A stretch of 64,000 nucleotides of DNA from Eledone cirrhosa. Taxonomy: Eukaryota. The translations under genes and the position numbers were made by a program. The notes under the pieces are model-generated. The model saw only the letters and a list, made by a program, of their open reading frames with translations, had not been told where the DNA came from and did no database searches. The stretch spans positions 376,092,001 through 376,156,000 of the forward strand of contig OZ024741.1 of assembly GCA_964016885.1 (NCBI GenBank), read 5' to 3'. The stretch's first letter is position 1. Each line of letters opens with the position of its first letter. This document shows, piece after piece, positions 11,006 to 23,149 of the stretch.

Positions 11006-13460
11006 TAGTGAAAAATGGAACGGGAACAAAACAGAGAGGCAGTAGAAACAAAGGTTTATTAGTTTCACGCTCTTGACAGTGGGGGGAGGGGGACGACGTT
11101 TCGGGCATAAGCCCTTCTTCAGGAGAAACGTGGGTGGAAAGAGAGATCCGAAGGTGTGTGGGGGAGTGGTGGAGAGACATTTAGAAAAAAGGGGGTGGGG
11201 GTGGAAGCGGTACACATAAAGATAAAAATAAACATGACGATAAACAAGTGGTGGAAGGGTGTGGGGCGTGTAGGGGTGATGGCGGGTGTAGTGGGGAGAG
11301 GGAGGTGGGGTGTCCGAGCGGGGACGGCTGAAGGTGGTGTTTGTGTATGTGTGTAGGTGTACGTGTGTGTGTGTGTGTGTGTGTCAATGTGAGAGTTGGG
11401 GGAAAACGAGGTTCCATGTTCAGGAAAAGGTGTGTGTGCGCGTGTGGATGGGGAAGGGTCAGAGGGGTGAGGGAGGGGGGATTCTGGAGGCTGAGTGTGT
11501 ATATATGTGGGGGTACGCACGTGTGTGTTGGTGTTTATACGTTTTGTGGATGTAGGTGGCGTGGTTCGAAAACAAATTGTGAGTGTATGTACGTGGGTAA
11601 GTTCCTAAGGTAGTTCCGTAGAGGATGTGAAGAGTTGCCGGATATTTTTCATGTTATGGAGTGGATAGTGGGAACGATGGCCGATGGTGTGTAATCCGTT
11701 GGTTGTGGTAGTCGGAAGAGGGGAGATGTGGGGTGCGCGCGAAACAGGAAGTGGTCAGAGGGTCAAGGCAGGATGTGGGTAGAGGAGAATGACAGGTGGA
11801 GAGGACTGTGTGTCTGTGTGTACGGAGAAGTGGTCAGAGGGTCAAGGCAGGAGAAGGCATAGCAGCAGTAGAGGAGGATGGCAGGTGGAGTAAGTCAGTG
11901 TGTCAGTGTGTGCGGTTGTGTGGTGGACAGGGGAGAGGATGGGTAGGTGTGAATGGTAGAGTGGGGAGGGGGGTCATGCAGGGGGTATTGGGTGTGTATT
12001 AGTAGAGGTATTAGTGGGATGTGTGTGTGTGTGTTCGTATGCGTGGGGTCGGGGGGATGTTAGTGGTATTAATTGTGGGGTGGTTGGAGTGGATGTGTGG
12101 GTGAGGGTTAGTGGTGGTAGTAAGGTGTGTGGATAGTGTGAGTGCGTGTATATATGTACAGGTGGGTGTGTGCGTGATAGGGGAGGGGTGGGGATGTTAG
12201 TATTGTTAGTTGGGGGAGGGTGGTCGGGGGTGGGGTGGGGTTGTTAGTATTGTTTTTCTGGGGTAGGCCAAGGGGGTGGGCGGTGAAAAGGAGGTGTGTG
12301 TTAGTGGTGTTAGTGCAGGATATGTGTATGTGGGGGTGGGTGGGGGTGGGGAACAGGGCGGTCGAAGGATAAAGGAATAGGGGTGGGAAGTCCAGCCCGG
12401 GGGGAGTGTGGGGGAGGGTGAAGATGGTGCGTTGTTCGACCCTGAGGCGGGTGGCGGGTGTTACGTGGCATTGGAGCAGGCCACAGACTGTGAGGTGGTA
12501 GGCAGAATGTCCAGGGGAGCCAAAGTGTCGGGCGATGGGGGAACTCCCAACGAGACGAATATCCCGAAAGTGTTCGGTGAAACGGTCCGCCAGGCGACGT
12601 CCAGTCTGTCCGACGTAGGTTGCGCTGCACTCCGTGTAGCGAAGTCCATAGATTAGGTTGGAGGAGGTGCAGCGGAAGGCGTACCTAACAGAGAGAGAGT
12701 GGCCGTTGGGACCCTGGAAGGTGGTGGTGTTGGTGATGTGGGGACAGGTGTTGCAACGAGGCCTGGAACAGGGAAGGGAACCGGGTGGGGGAGCGTTGGT
12801 TGGGGGGTAGGGAGCTGCGGACGAGGAGTGTGCGGAGATTGCGTACGCGTTTGAAGGAGGGGAGTGGTGGGGATGGGAAGATGTGGGAGGTGGAGTGGTT
12901 GGACTGGAGGCGTCGGACGAGGCGGAGGATGGTGCGGTGGAGGGGTAGGGTGGATGGGGGTAGGTGATGGGGAAGGGGAGACGGTGGGTGGTTGGTGGTG
13001 GCGTGGGTGAGGCTGGTGGAGCGGTGGACAGCACGGGTGCGAGTGAGGGTGGTGTGGACGAGGGAGGGGGTGACCTCTGCGGATGAAATGGCTGACCAGG
13101 GAAAGGGCCTGGGACTCAAAGTCAGCATTACAGCTGCAGAGGCGGCGGATACTGAGGAGTTGGGAGTAGGGAATAGAGTGTTTAGTGTTTGTAGGGTGGG
13201 AGGAGGTGAAGTCGAGGTGGGTTTGAAGAAGGCGGAGGTGACGAGGGAGTGGTGGGAGGGGTCGATGGCGACGGAGATGTCTAAGAAGTGGGCGTGGGTG
13301 GTGGAGATAGAGGTGGTGAAGTGGAGGGAGAGGTGGAAGGAGCAGAAGAAGGGGAGAAAGGAGTCGAGCTGTTCTCGGGTGAGGGTTGTGGCTCCGATAC
13401 AGTCGTCGATGTAACGACCGTACAGTTAGGCGTGGGGCCGGTGTACTGGGCAAAGATTTG
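11003..13460 (-). mobile_element. 5'-truncated Penelope-like element (Neptune-like RT C-terminus + GIY-YIG endonuclease + 3' region)
   Basis: LYGRYIDDCIGA catalytic motif at about 13390-13425; LDFTSSHPTNTKHSIPYSQLLSIRRLCS; C-x4-C-x2-C linker; CTSSNLIYGL...YVGQTGRRLADRFTEH GIY-YIG. Frameshifted, with (TA)n on both flanks. Confidence 0.92.
11066..11132 (-). ncRNA. Hammerhead ribozyme motif in the PLE 3' terminus
   Basis: CUGAAGA-A-GGGC UUAU GCCC-GAAAC...GUC. The 5' CACGUUUCU can pair imperfectly with AAGAGCGUG after the second GUC. AATAAA lies just downstream. Confidence 0.75.
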
Positions 13461-13496
<36 letters not shown>

Positions 13497-14220
13497 ATGT
13501 ATGTGTGTGTGTGTGTATATAAGACACACACATACACATACATGTATATATATATAACGGTAAAGTATGGAAATTTCAATACGTTCATTGGTTCACGTAT
13601 GAAAAGAATGTTCATCTATGTTCTATTGACATTTTTACTTAGTTATTGTACAAATTCTTTACATTTCCGATATATTCACAAGAAACGAATTGATAAGATG
13701 ATTCCTGTTCAATCGTACTTAAACCCCCTGGCATCTCGTGTGAAGTTCGACCTATCCATGCTATATTACTGCAATACGTATTCTATAACAAGAAAGAAAT
13801 AATATATAAGATAAAGAATTTAATAAAAAAAAAACCCCAGAAAACAACAGCGAAGCCCACAACATCAACAAAACAGGCATTTATATAATATATATTCATA
13901 TATAAGTAAGTAAATAAAAGTATTTGAATAAGTAGATAAATACAGGAAAAAGATACACGCAGAGACACACAGACAGCAAGCAACAAAAGAAACAACAACA
14001 ACAATAAAAACTGCAACAGCAACAACAACTACACAAATAAACACAGAATGGCAAGAGACACACATATAAAAATGGTGGAACTACCCTACAGGACTTTAAA
14101 TATATGTACAATATCACCGGTTTAAAGTAGGAAACTGAAAACTTTCTTGAAATACTATCATGATATACTATATGTATATTGGTATACTATATTACTGTAA
14201 GCATACCATTACATACTAAG

Positions 14221-14252
<32 letters not shown>

Positions 14253-14264
14253 GATATGAATGTG

Positions 14265-14394
<130 letters not shown>

Positions 14395-14639
14395 TACATA
14401 TATGCACATACATATATGTATGTACATACATACACTCACGCATATACTTACATAGAAGTATATGCATACGTACTTAAACATACAAAATATTACATTTACT
14501 TCAATAGAATATCCACAAGAAATTGAAGAAAATGGAATCATCTTTAATATATGATGTCTTTTGTTAAGTGTCTTTACAATAATGACACTCGCTATGATTC
14601 GTGTAGCATAACCTTTTTTATAGAATAAAAAAGTAAATA

Positions 14640-14862
14640 ATAATGGTTTCTTATATAGGCACAGGGCCAGCATATTTTGGGGGGAGGGCGAAGTCGATTA
14701 AATCGACCCCAGTGCGTGACTGGTACTTTATTTTATCGATCCCGTAAGGATGAAAGGCAAAGTTAACCTCGGCGGGTTTTGAACTCAGATCATAAAGGAC
14801 CATAACTCTATGTTGCAAAGCATGGCGTCCTGCTCTCTACCGATACTTCCAATCCACCGCCC
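14640..14862 (-). mobile_element. Full-length SINE family A
   Basis: Very similar to 4294-4518 (long-tail variant). Confidence 0.88.
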
Positions 14863-14904
14863 TAATAATAATAATAATAACATCAGGCAGCTATTAAATA
14901 ATAG

Positions 14905-15960
14905 TAGGAAGTCCTGTGAGACAAGGAGATAGTTTGTCCACTTTGTTGTTTGTCCTTACCCTCATATCCTTGTCCCTCATATTGCAAAACACTGAAAGCA
15001 GGATACAAGCTGGGAAGAGAAGAGCTTACCATCAACTACCTGCTCTTCATGGACAATCTAAAACTCTTTGGGAAAAGCGAGAAGGAGTATTATCTACATG
15101 TTAACACTGTCCGTATTTTCAGCAATGATATATGTATGGAATTTTGTGTTAACAAGTGTGGAGTCCTGTTGATGAAGAGGAGTAAATTGAACAGAAGCAA
15201 TGGAATCCAGGTACCAACAGGTGAGATGATAAAGGAAATTGACACTGAAGAGGGATACACATATTTGGGTGTTCTGGCGGCAGATGGCACCAATAAAAGT
15301 AGAATGAAGGATTTGGTAAGATCTGAATACATAAGGAGAGTAAGGAACATACTAAAATCACATCTAAATAGTAGGAATGTCATAAGTGCAGTAAATTCCC
15401 GAGCTGTGTCTATTATTAGGCACAGTGCGGGAATTCTCAAATGGAATGTTATTGAACAAAAAGCAATGGATAGAAATACTAGGAAGCTAATAACTACCTA
15501 CAGCATGTTCCACAAGAGCAGCGATGTTGATGGACTCTACTTAAAGAGATCTGAAGGATGACGAGGTCTTATCAGCATAGAGGTCTGTTTTCAGATGGAG
15601 ATGGGCGGTCTCCACAAATATGTGTCTGAGAATTGGGAGCCGATGCTCAAAGTTGTACCGAAGGAGAAGGCAATAGACCAACGGATGTCCAAGGAGGAAG
15701 TAACAACAAAGAGGAAAAGTAACTTTCATGAAAAATCTCTTCATAGCACCTTTTTTAAGAAAACGGAATTCAGTGATCCACAGATATGGAGCTGGTTAAA
15801 AAGAGGAGACCCTAAAACGCTACAGGAGGAATGCTGATGGTTGCACAAGAGCAAGCCCTTAGAAAGAAGTGGGTGAAACGCCATATTGACAAGGAGGAGG
15901 CTAGCACACTCTGTAGGATCTGTGGAAAGAGAGAGAGGAGACTGTGACCCATACATAAAG
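14905..15960 (+). mobile_element. R4/Dong-like non-LTR retrotransposon RT fragment (decayed)
   Basis: RQGDSLSTLLFVL; INYLLFMDNLKLF (degenerate FMDD); YTYLGV; DVDGLYLKRSEG*RGL; terminal CRICG zinc-knuckle start. Confidence 0.85.
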
Positions 15961-16266
15961 GATGGAGGGACGATATAATAGTAAAGGTGATTCACTAGCA
16001 TTTATGCAAACTAAATAATTTATCACATTCTGAGAAGTGGTGTTTTAGTCAGCTGATAGTATCAAAATTATCTCCCTTGCTTCCTGATTTTATATTTTAT
16101 ATACTGTTATCAGAAATTTTTTGTGTCCTCATTACTTGGATACAATTTAATCGAATTAGCATTTACCATGCAAAACGTTTCCTTGCACTATTTTATCTCA
16201 ACCATAGTGTCATTTATATATATATCTGTGTGTACGTGTGTGTGTGTGTGAACATATACATAATAG

Positions 16267-16326
<60 letters not shown>

Positions 16327-16656
16327 GCGTATTTGCATATATATTATACTGGAAAGACATCTATTATTTTTATTTCGTTTATCCCTCAGTCTATCTTCCG
16401 ATGAAAGACTAATGTCCGAAGCATGAAACGTTTTCTACTACATTTCGTTATTGTACAGTACTGTTCTCTTGGGTTGTTTTCATTTCTACGGCCTCGATAT
16501 GAATACCCCCTCCGCCTCCGTGGTATTTTCTTCGTGGTTATAAGAGGCTTAGCTCTGTTTCTCGACCGTTATATCGCGTGACTATCTCCCCCTCCGCCTT
16601 TTGGGATTCTTTCTCACGTCGTGTAGACGCGTTCTTGAGACTAGTAAAATGAGGTA

Positions 16657-16744
16657 TCCTCTTGATAAGTTGGCAGACCTCGCAAGGACTCTATATCTTT
16701 GATATATTGTTTTTGTTTATGCCACGAAACTACGTAGTCGAGGA
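16657..16744 (+). ncRNA. Type I hammerhead ribozyme (U3-A8 variant)
   Basis: Stem I UCCUC/GAGGA; core UUGAUAA; stem II G-U-(U)GGCA.../UGCCAC; GAAA; stem III ACUACGUAGU palindrome; GUC cleavage triplet at 16737-16739. Confidence 0.8.
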
Positions 16745-17247
16745 ATTTAGGAGCAGTTTAGGTATGATACATTTTATTACTAATTATATCTAAATGTTTC
16801 TTCTCACTTCATAATGTATTTTTAACTCTGATACTGGTTCAGTCTGGTTCAAACTGAATTGGTCTGTCCCAGTCATTCATTGAGCAACATCGGTGAAGTT
16901 GGCACCCTTAACTCACAGTTGGGTGCGGATGCATTCATGTATATATGTGTGTGTCCGCATGTATCTGTGTGTTTCTAAATATATTAATAACTCCCTCTGG
17001 TCGAGCAATCTTTGAAGTGTGGGGACAACTGGAAAGCTTCCATTACTCATACTTCTCGCCTTCTTCACTACCTCTTCTACGGCCTCGATATGAATACCCC
17101 CTCCGCCTCCGTGGTATTTTCTTCGTGGTTATAAGAGGCTTAGCTCTGTTTCTCGACCGTTATATCGCGTGACTATCTCCCCCTCCGCCTTTTGGGATTC
17201 TTTCTCACGTCGTGTAGACGCGTTCTTGAGACTAGTAAAATGAGGTA

Positions 17248-17335
17248 TCCTCTTGATAAGTTGGCAGACCTCGCAAGGACTCTATATCTTTGATATATTG
17301 TTTTTGTTTATGCCACGAAACTACGTAGTCGAGGA
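17248..17335 (+). ncRNA. Type I hammerhead ribozyme (U3-A8 variant)
   Basis: Same motif as 16657-16744, one repeat unit downstream. Confidence 0.8.
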
Positions 17336-17810
17336 ATTTAGGAGCAGTTTAGGTATGATACATTTTATTACTAATTATATCTAAATGTTTCTTCTCTCTT
17401 CATAATGTATTTTTAACTCTGATACTGGTTCAGTCTGGTTCAAACTGAATTGGTCTGTCCCAGTCATTCATTGAGCAACATCGGTGAAGTTGGCACCCTT
17501 AACTCACAGTTGGGTGCGGATGCATTCATGTATATATGTGTGTGTCCGCATGTATCTGTGTGTTTCTAAATATATTATATATATATATATATATATAAAA
17601 TAAATTTGAACACTAAAATCCAAAGAGGGCTCGATAAGGATAAAAATATATCAAATATAACATATATATATATTATATATATTTATACTATAAAGGACGA
17701 GGAATCAGTGTTGCATCATGTCACATTTATTAACATATTAGCTATGTCTCTCCGCCGATCAACTCGAGGCAGGATCTGTTACGGATCGAACCCGACTTTG
17801 CATTTGAAGG

Positions 17811-17867
<57 letters not shown>

Positions 17868-17873
<6 letters not shown>

Positions 17874-18235
17874 AGAAATGTAAGCTATCGCCGTATTTTG
17901 ACTAAAGAAATTAAAGAAATTATTTAGCCTGATAGTGGGGTGAAGAACCCTCGAATAAATGGAAAAAGATGAGTATTGACGTACTTGGGAGTCGAACCCA
18001 CATCTTTGGTTATCTGGACCACTGTGCTACCATTTACACCAACACATCATGGGTGATGTGTTGGTATAAATGGTAGCACAGTGGTCCAGATAACCAAAGA
18101 TGTGGGTTCGACTCCCAAGTACGTCAATACTCATCTTTTTCCATTTATTCGAGGGTTCTTCACCCCACTATCAGGCTAAATAATTTCTTTAATTTCTTTA
18201 GTCAAAATACGGCGATAGCTTACATTTCTAATAAT
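17868..18235. repeat. Near-perfect 368-bp palindrome (182-bp arms, 4-nt spacer)
   Basis: 17868-18049 is the reverse complement of 18054-18235, with one mismatch seen. Confidence 0.95.
18055..18126 (+). pseudogene. tRNA-like 72-nt cloverleaf (mirror copy on the minus strand at 17977-18048); probably not a functional tRNA
   Basis: Acceptor GATGTGT/GTACGTC; D-arm GT(A/G)T-AAATGGTA-GCAC; anticodon arm with loop CCAGATA lacking U33; T-arm TGGG-TTCGACT-CCCA. Confidence 0.65.
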
Positions 18236-18376
18236 TTCAAACCCACTCGCTGTTTCGAAAATATTCTTACTTGATATATATATATATATATATAAGATCC
18301 TTCAAATGCAGAGTCGGGTTCGATCCGTAACAGATCCTGCCTCGAGCTGATCGGCGTAGAAACATAGGTAATATGG

Positions 18377-18468
<92 letters not shown>

Positions 18469-19351
18469 GATTATTTTTTCCCGGGGTTAGAAAATGTTTA
18501 AAACAAATTATTTTACTTTCCAGGAAGTGTCAAAATATTAATTAATTTATTTATTAATTAACAATAACATTTATTTATTTATTTATTTTTTTATTTATTT
18601 ATTAAATAATTTATTTATTAACAATTACCGGTTTCACCATTTTATGCATTTTCAAATTGTGTGAGAAAAAAAAGGAATTTGTGTTTGTACAAAATGTAGA
18701 AAAGAAATTAAGGTGATGTTAAACATGTTAGAGTAATGGAGGTTATGGGGAAGAGGAAATCATATTATTTACAAACATGGTTCTTGAAGAGCAGTGCAAG
18801 CATTGTTGAGATTGTTGAGATTGCTGGAAAACGTTCCTTCTTTGAGGAGGCAAATGGCCGTCCGGGACTGGATGTGTTTTCCCTTTTTAGAGAATTAATA
18901 TGCAGGGGGACGTAATTCATTCTAGCAGAAAGAAAGTAGAGGTGGGTAATTCATTTATTTAAGAAAAAGGAATAGGCAGGGTCTAAGGGAGGTAACCCCT
19001 TAGAGAAAACAGAAATTTGATATATGGGTAGTGTAGAAATAGAAGTAAAATAGTCTCTTATGGGTGACTCTAGGGTTCAATGTTCATTCTAGTTTTAGTT
19101 TAGTCCGAAGTTTAGTCAATTTAGAAGGGGTTGGAATTTGGTAATGAAGTGCGTTGGATGAAAAAAGCGTTGTCTATGAATTTGTAGATGGAGAAACTCA
19201 GCGAGAATCGCACTTCGGCGGGCAGAAAAAGTGAAACGAAACGCAATAATCAGAAATATGCTGGCAAGCGCTCCATACTTAAAAAAACAGAACTAAACAA
19301 TATGTTAAAATGCCATACAAAACTGAAAAAGTGGTCAAGAAAGACGAAACG

Positions 19352-19443
<92 letters not shown>

Positions 19444-19568
19444 TTAAAAAATAGAGGTGTGACACACGAGTTGTGATATATTAGTAAAAAGGAAAAGAAA
19501 ATGCTGACAAATTTTTCCCAGTGAAAAATAGTTTAATTAGGAATAAGTATTAGTTAGTATTCAGTTTT

Positions 19569-19726
19569 AGTTTTAAGATTTACCGGTTGCGCATTTCTAA
19601 TGCTTTTTAAAAGTAATTTTGAGATAGAGCACTCGTGATTTTTGCTTAGAGCAAAAATCACGAGCGCTCTATCAAAAATTATTTTTGAAAAGCATTAGAA
19701 ATGCGCAACCGGTAGCAACTTAAAAC
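19569..19726. repeat. Imperfect palindrome with a degenerate hammerhead-like motif
   Basis: Centre is TTTTTGCT-T-AG-AGCAAAAA. The right arm reads TTGAAAA-GCAT TAGAA ATGC-GCAACCGGTA. Confidence 0.8.
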
Positions 19727-19771
19727 CACACACACACACACACGCACACATATATATATATATAAATATAT

Positions 19772-20046
19772 ATGTATACATGAATGTATATATAGAATAT
19801 TTGGCAATATACTGTATGCTTAATTAAAAACATTTTGAAGACATTGCGCTATTATTTTAAAGTAGCGACTATGTCACTTCTCTTTTCAACAAACAAAGGG
19901 AGATAAGCTGAGAGATCTGTTTCATACTGTTGGTAATCATAAGAGACATAGTCACTACTTTAAAACAATAGCGTATGGTCTTCAAAATGCTTTTAATTAA
20001 GGATACAGTGTATTACCAAATACACTATATATAAATTCATATACAC
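19772..20046. repeat. Diverged inverted repeat (about 105-bp arms) in (TA)n
   Basis: 19772-19879 versus 19941-20046. Confidence 0.8.
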
Positions 20047-20071
20047 ATCGCTATTTCTAATTTTATATATA

Positions 20072-20173
<102 letters not shown>

Positions 20174-20239
20174 TTCTTCATTGAGCCACAACGTGACCGG
20201 TTGCAACATATATATCTATGACTTTATGTATATGTAAAT

Positions 20240-20288
<49 letters not shown>

Positions 20289-20769
20289 TGTATATGTTTA
20301 CATTATATGTATGCATATATATACGTGTGTGTGTACAAATAAAATACAGAGTTACTAACTCATATTGATACCCTGCAATTAACAAGATCAAAGTATAATA
20401 ATATATGTAGAAATAAACACAGTAAATTGTGTGTCTAAAATTACGAGAGTAGAACTACCACATTGGTTTGATAAATTTAACCTGAAGCAAACGGAAGATA
20501 TAGAGTATATATACAGACCGTTTTAATAACTATTTCATTTCTCGGTCAGATTAGAGATTTAATCTGTTTCGCCCTGAAAATTGTGTTTGTAACAGATAAT
20601 CCGTAGGATATCCTCAGCGAGAGACAAGATTAAATGAAACAAGAGAGATGAAATAGTTATTGAGACGGTCTGTTTGTGTGTATATACACTTGTGCATGTC
20701 TGTCTGTCTGTGTGCATGTATCTATGTATCTATGTATCTCTCTGTTCTGTATCTATTTGTATCTATATC

Positions 20770-21045
20770 GGATCGTATCGGAACCCCTCTTTGGTCTCGA
20801 ATGACCATGGTTTTGCGATTAGAAAGTTTCCCTCCAGAGCTCAAGTCTGAGAAGGTTTGTTTATGGAAGACCAGCAGTCTTCATGGCCATTTTCCCTGTC
20901 TCCCCTCGGCAACAGTGACGTCACAACTTATTTCTGCACTTCAGTGAACTGGAGCAACGTGAAATAAAGTGTTTTGCTCAAGATTCGAACACACAACCTT
21001 ATGATTGTGAGCTCAAAGATTTAACCTCTAAGCTACACGCATTCA
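20770..21045 (-). mobile_element. SINE family C fragment with a putative RTE-like tail
   Basis: Shares TTGAGCAAAACACTTTATTTCACGTTGCTCCAGT with 38212-38530. Confidence 0.6.
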
Positions 21046-21049
21046 CACA

Positions 21050-21095
<46 letters not shown>

Positions 21096-21148
21096 TAATA
21101 AAAACAATGAATAAAAACAAAGAACAAGTTCCTTATATTAAAAAATTC

Positions 21149-21280
21149 ATCATTTTACGATCGTTTCTAGGATATATATGTGTGTTGGTATGTATATCAT
21201 ATAGATCTATGTAAGAATTTTACAAACTATCAGAGGAAATATACATACCTTCACATATATATGCTGTCTTCAGAAATAAT
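21149..21280 (-). ncRNA. Type I hammerhead ribozyme with a long stem II, isolated between (TA)n tracts
   Basis: Stem I AUUAUUU/AAAUGAU; core CUGAAGA; stem II AGCAUAUAUAUGUG/CACAUAUAUAUCCU extended by GGUAUGUAUAU/AUAUACAUACC; GAAAC-GAUC-GUA. Confidence 0.7.
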
Positions 21281-21310
21281 TTATCTACACATATATATAT
21301 ATATATATAT

Positions 21311-21394
<84 letters not shown>

Positions 21395-21449
21395 TTATAT
21401 ATATATATATATATACATATTTAACGTACATACATATATGCACACATAC

Positions 21450-21496
<47 letters not shown>

Positions 21497-22361
21497 TATG
21501 CGGGTATATCTGTGTGTGTATGTGAGTATGTGTATGTGCGTATGTGTATGTGTGTGTGTGTGTGTGTGTGTATGTGTGTATCACACCTTAAAATATCAAT
21601 TACTCGTAATTTATTATTTCCAGTGAACACCCGTAGCGGAAAGTGTATGACGGATGGTAAACTTTATCTCAACTCTTAATATTTTAGTTGGGCACGACAC
21701 ATGCAGAGGTCGCTTCTTTCAGCATCTGTTATTGTCTTGTCTTATCTCCTGATCTTAAACTAAGATTTTTTTAGTGCCATTACTATAGAAAAATAACCAC
21801 ATGTACACCAACACCTAAAGATATATTAAAAGAAAAAAAAAATCCATTTATTCTAAATCTATTTTACGTGCTGTTTACAGCCATTATTCATACCATTTCT
21901 CGTTTCGACACTGTCTAAAATGGAAACATTTTTTATATAAACAATTTATCTAATTTTTTTTTTTACATATAACTTATATATAAACATATGTGGCGGGTTC
22001 TCCGTCAGTCACGACAATGATCATTCAAGTGTTCGAACGATATAAACAATTTATCTACTCTTTTTTTATTTTTTTACATATAACTTATATATAAAAACAT
22101 CTGGTGGGTTATTCGTCAGTCACGACAATGATCATTCAGGTGTTCGACCGATCGGTTTCTTACTTAAAATATTAACGGCTATGTATTTCATGGACCCGTG
22201 TAACCTTAACGATATTTTCAAGTTGAATCAGTGGTTGCGACGTTTGATTATAAGAGCAATCTAGAAATAACGTTAGCTATGTACTTAGATGAGAGAGAGA
22301 GAGAAATAGAAAGAGAGAGACATTTATCAAGGCTGAGAGAGAGACTGTGAAAGAAAGAGAG

Positions 22362-22472
<111 letters not shown>

Positions 22473-22516
22473 AATAGAAAGAGAGAGAAAGATATCAAGG
22501 CTAAGAGAGAGAGGTC

Positions 22517-22598
<82 letters not shown>

Positions 22599-22964
22599 AA
22601 GAAAGGGAGAGAGAGTGAGAAAGAGAGAGATAGGTTGTGCTGGTATTTTATTTATTGATATGATGAAGGACTAAATAAAACTCAGGAGGAATTTGACATA
22701 TGAGTGTAGACAGCTCGAACGAATACTGCTAACTATTCTATCCAACACTCTAGCATCTCTGCCAATTCGAGGCCGACTTCATATAAACATATATATGAAC
22801 AGAAGATTGGTAAAAATCATTATAGTTGTCGGAAAAAATACCTTGTGATATTTAGTTATGAACCTTTTCGTTTAGAGTTCTAATGCCACCGTTTTTAGCT
22901 TTATCTGTTATCTAGTTGCAGACCTGTCAACTCTCCCCGTCCGACGGGGAGATCTCCCACTCAC

Positions 22965-23149
22965 TTTGGGGTGGGTGAGGGATATCTTCGCTTGTGAAAA
23001 TGGCTATTGTTTTCATTATGTAAAATCTCTCCATTTTGATTCCTTTCTCCCCGTTTTGGGGGCACTTTTTTTTCATGGTTTTGGTTTTTAGATGCTGGAA
23101 GGTCTGTTGTCGAACATTGAAGACAATATTAGCAGCTTTTCTATTACCT
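22965..23149 (-). CDS. Candidate internal exon of the small minus-strand gene
   Basis: Long pyrimidine tract + TAG acceptor and GTGAGT donor. Open frame GNRKAANIVFNVRQQTFQHLKTKTMKKKCPQ...DIPHPPQ. An alternative start ACCATG lies at 23076. Confidence 0.45.

Larger units (their letters stand above)
16484..17577 (+). mobile_element. Tandem 591-bp hammerhead-containing repeat (candidate retrozyme / non-autonomous PLE), locus 1
   Basis: About 1.85 near-identical units with period 591. The 3' end CTAAATATAT runs into (TA)n. Same family as 57149-60217. Confidence 0.85.

Noticed and set aside
16395-16430. Hammerhead-like CCGATGA-GAC TAAT GTC-CGAAGC
   Set aside because: Two core changes and no convincing stem I or III; at most a decayed remnant.
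18055-18126. Functional tRNA-Ser(AGA)
   Set aside because: Lacks U33 and the long variable arm, has several mismatches and G-U pairs, and is embedded in a repeat palindrome.
21934-22147. About 105-bp tandem duplication
   Set aside because: Local duplication of a SINE family C tail plus flank; unremarkable.
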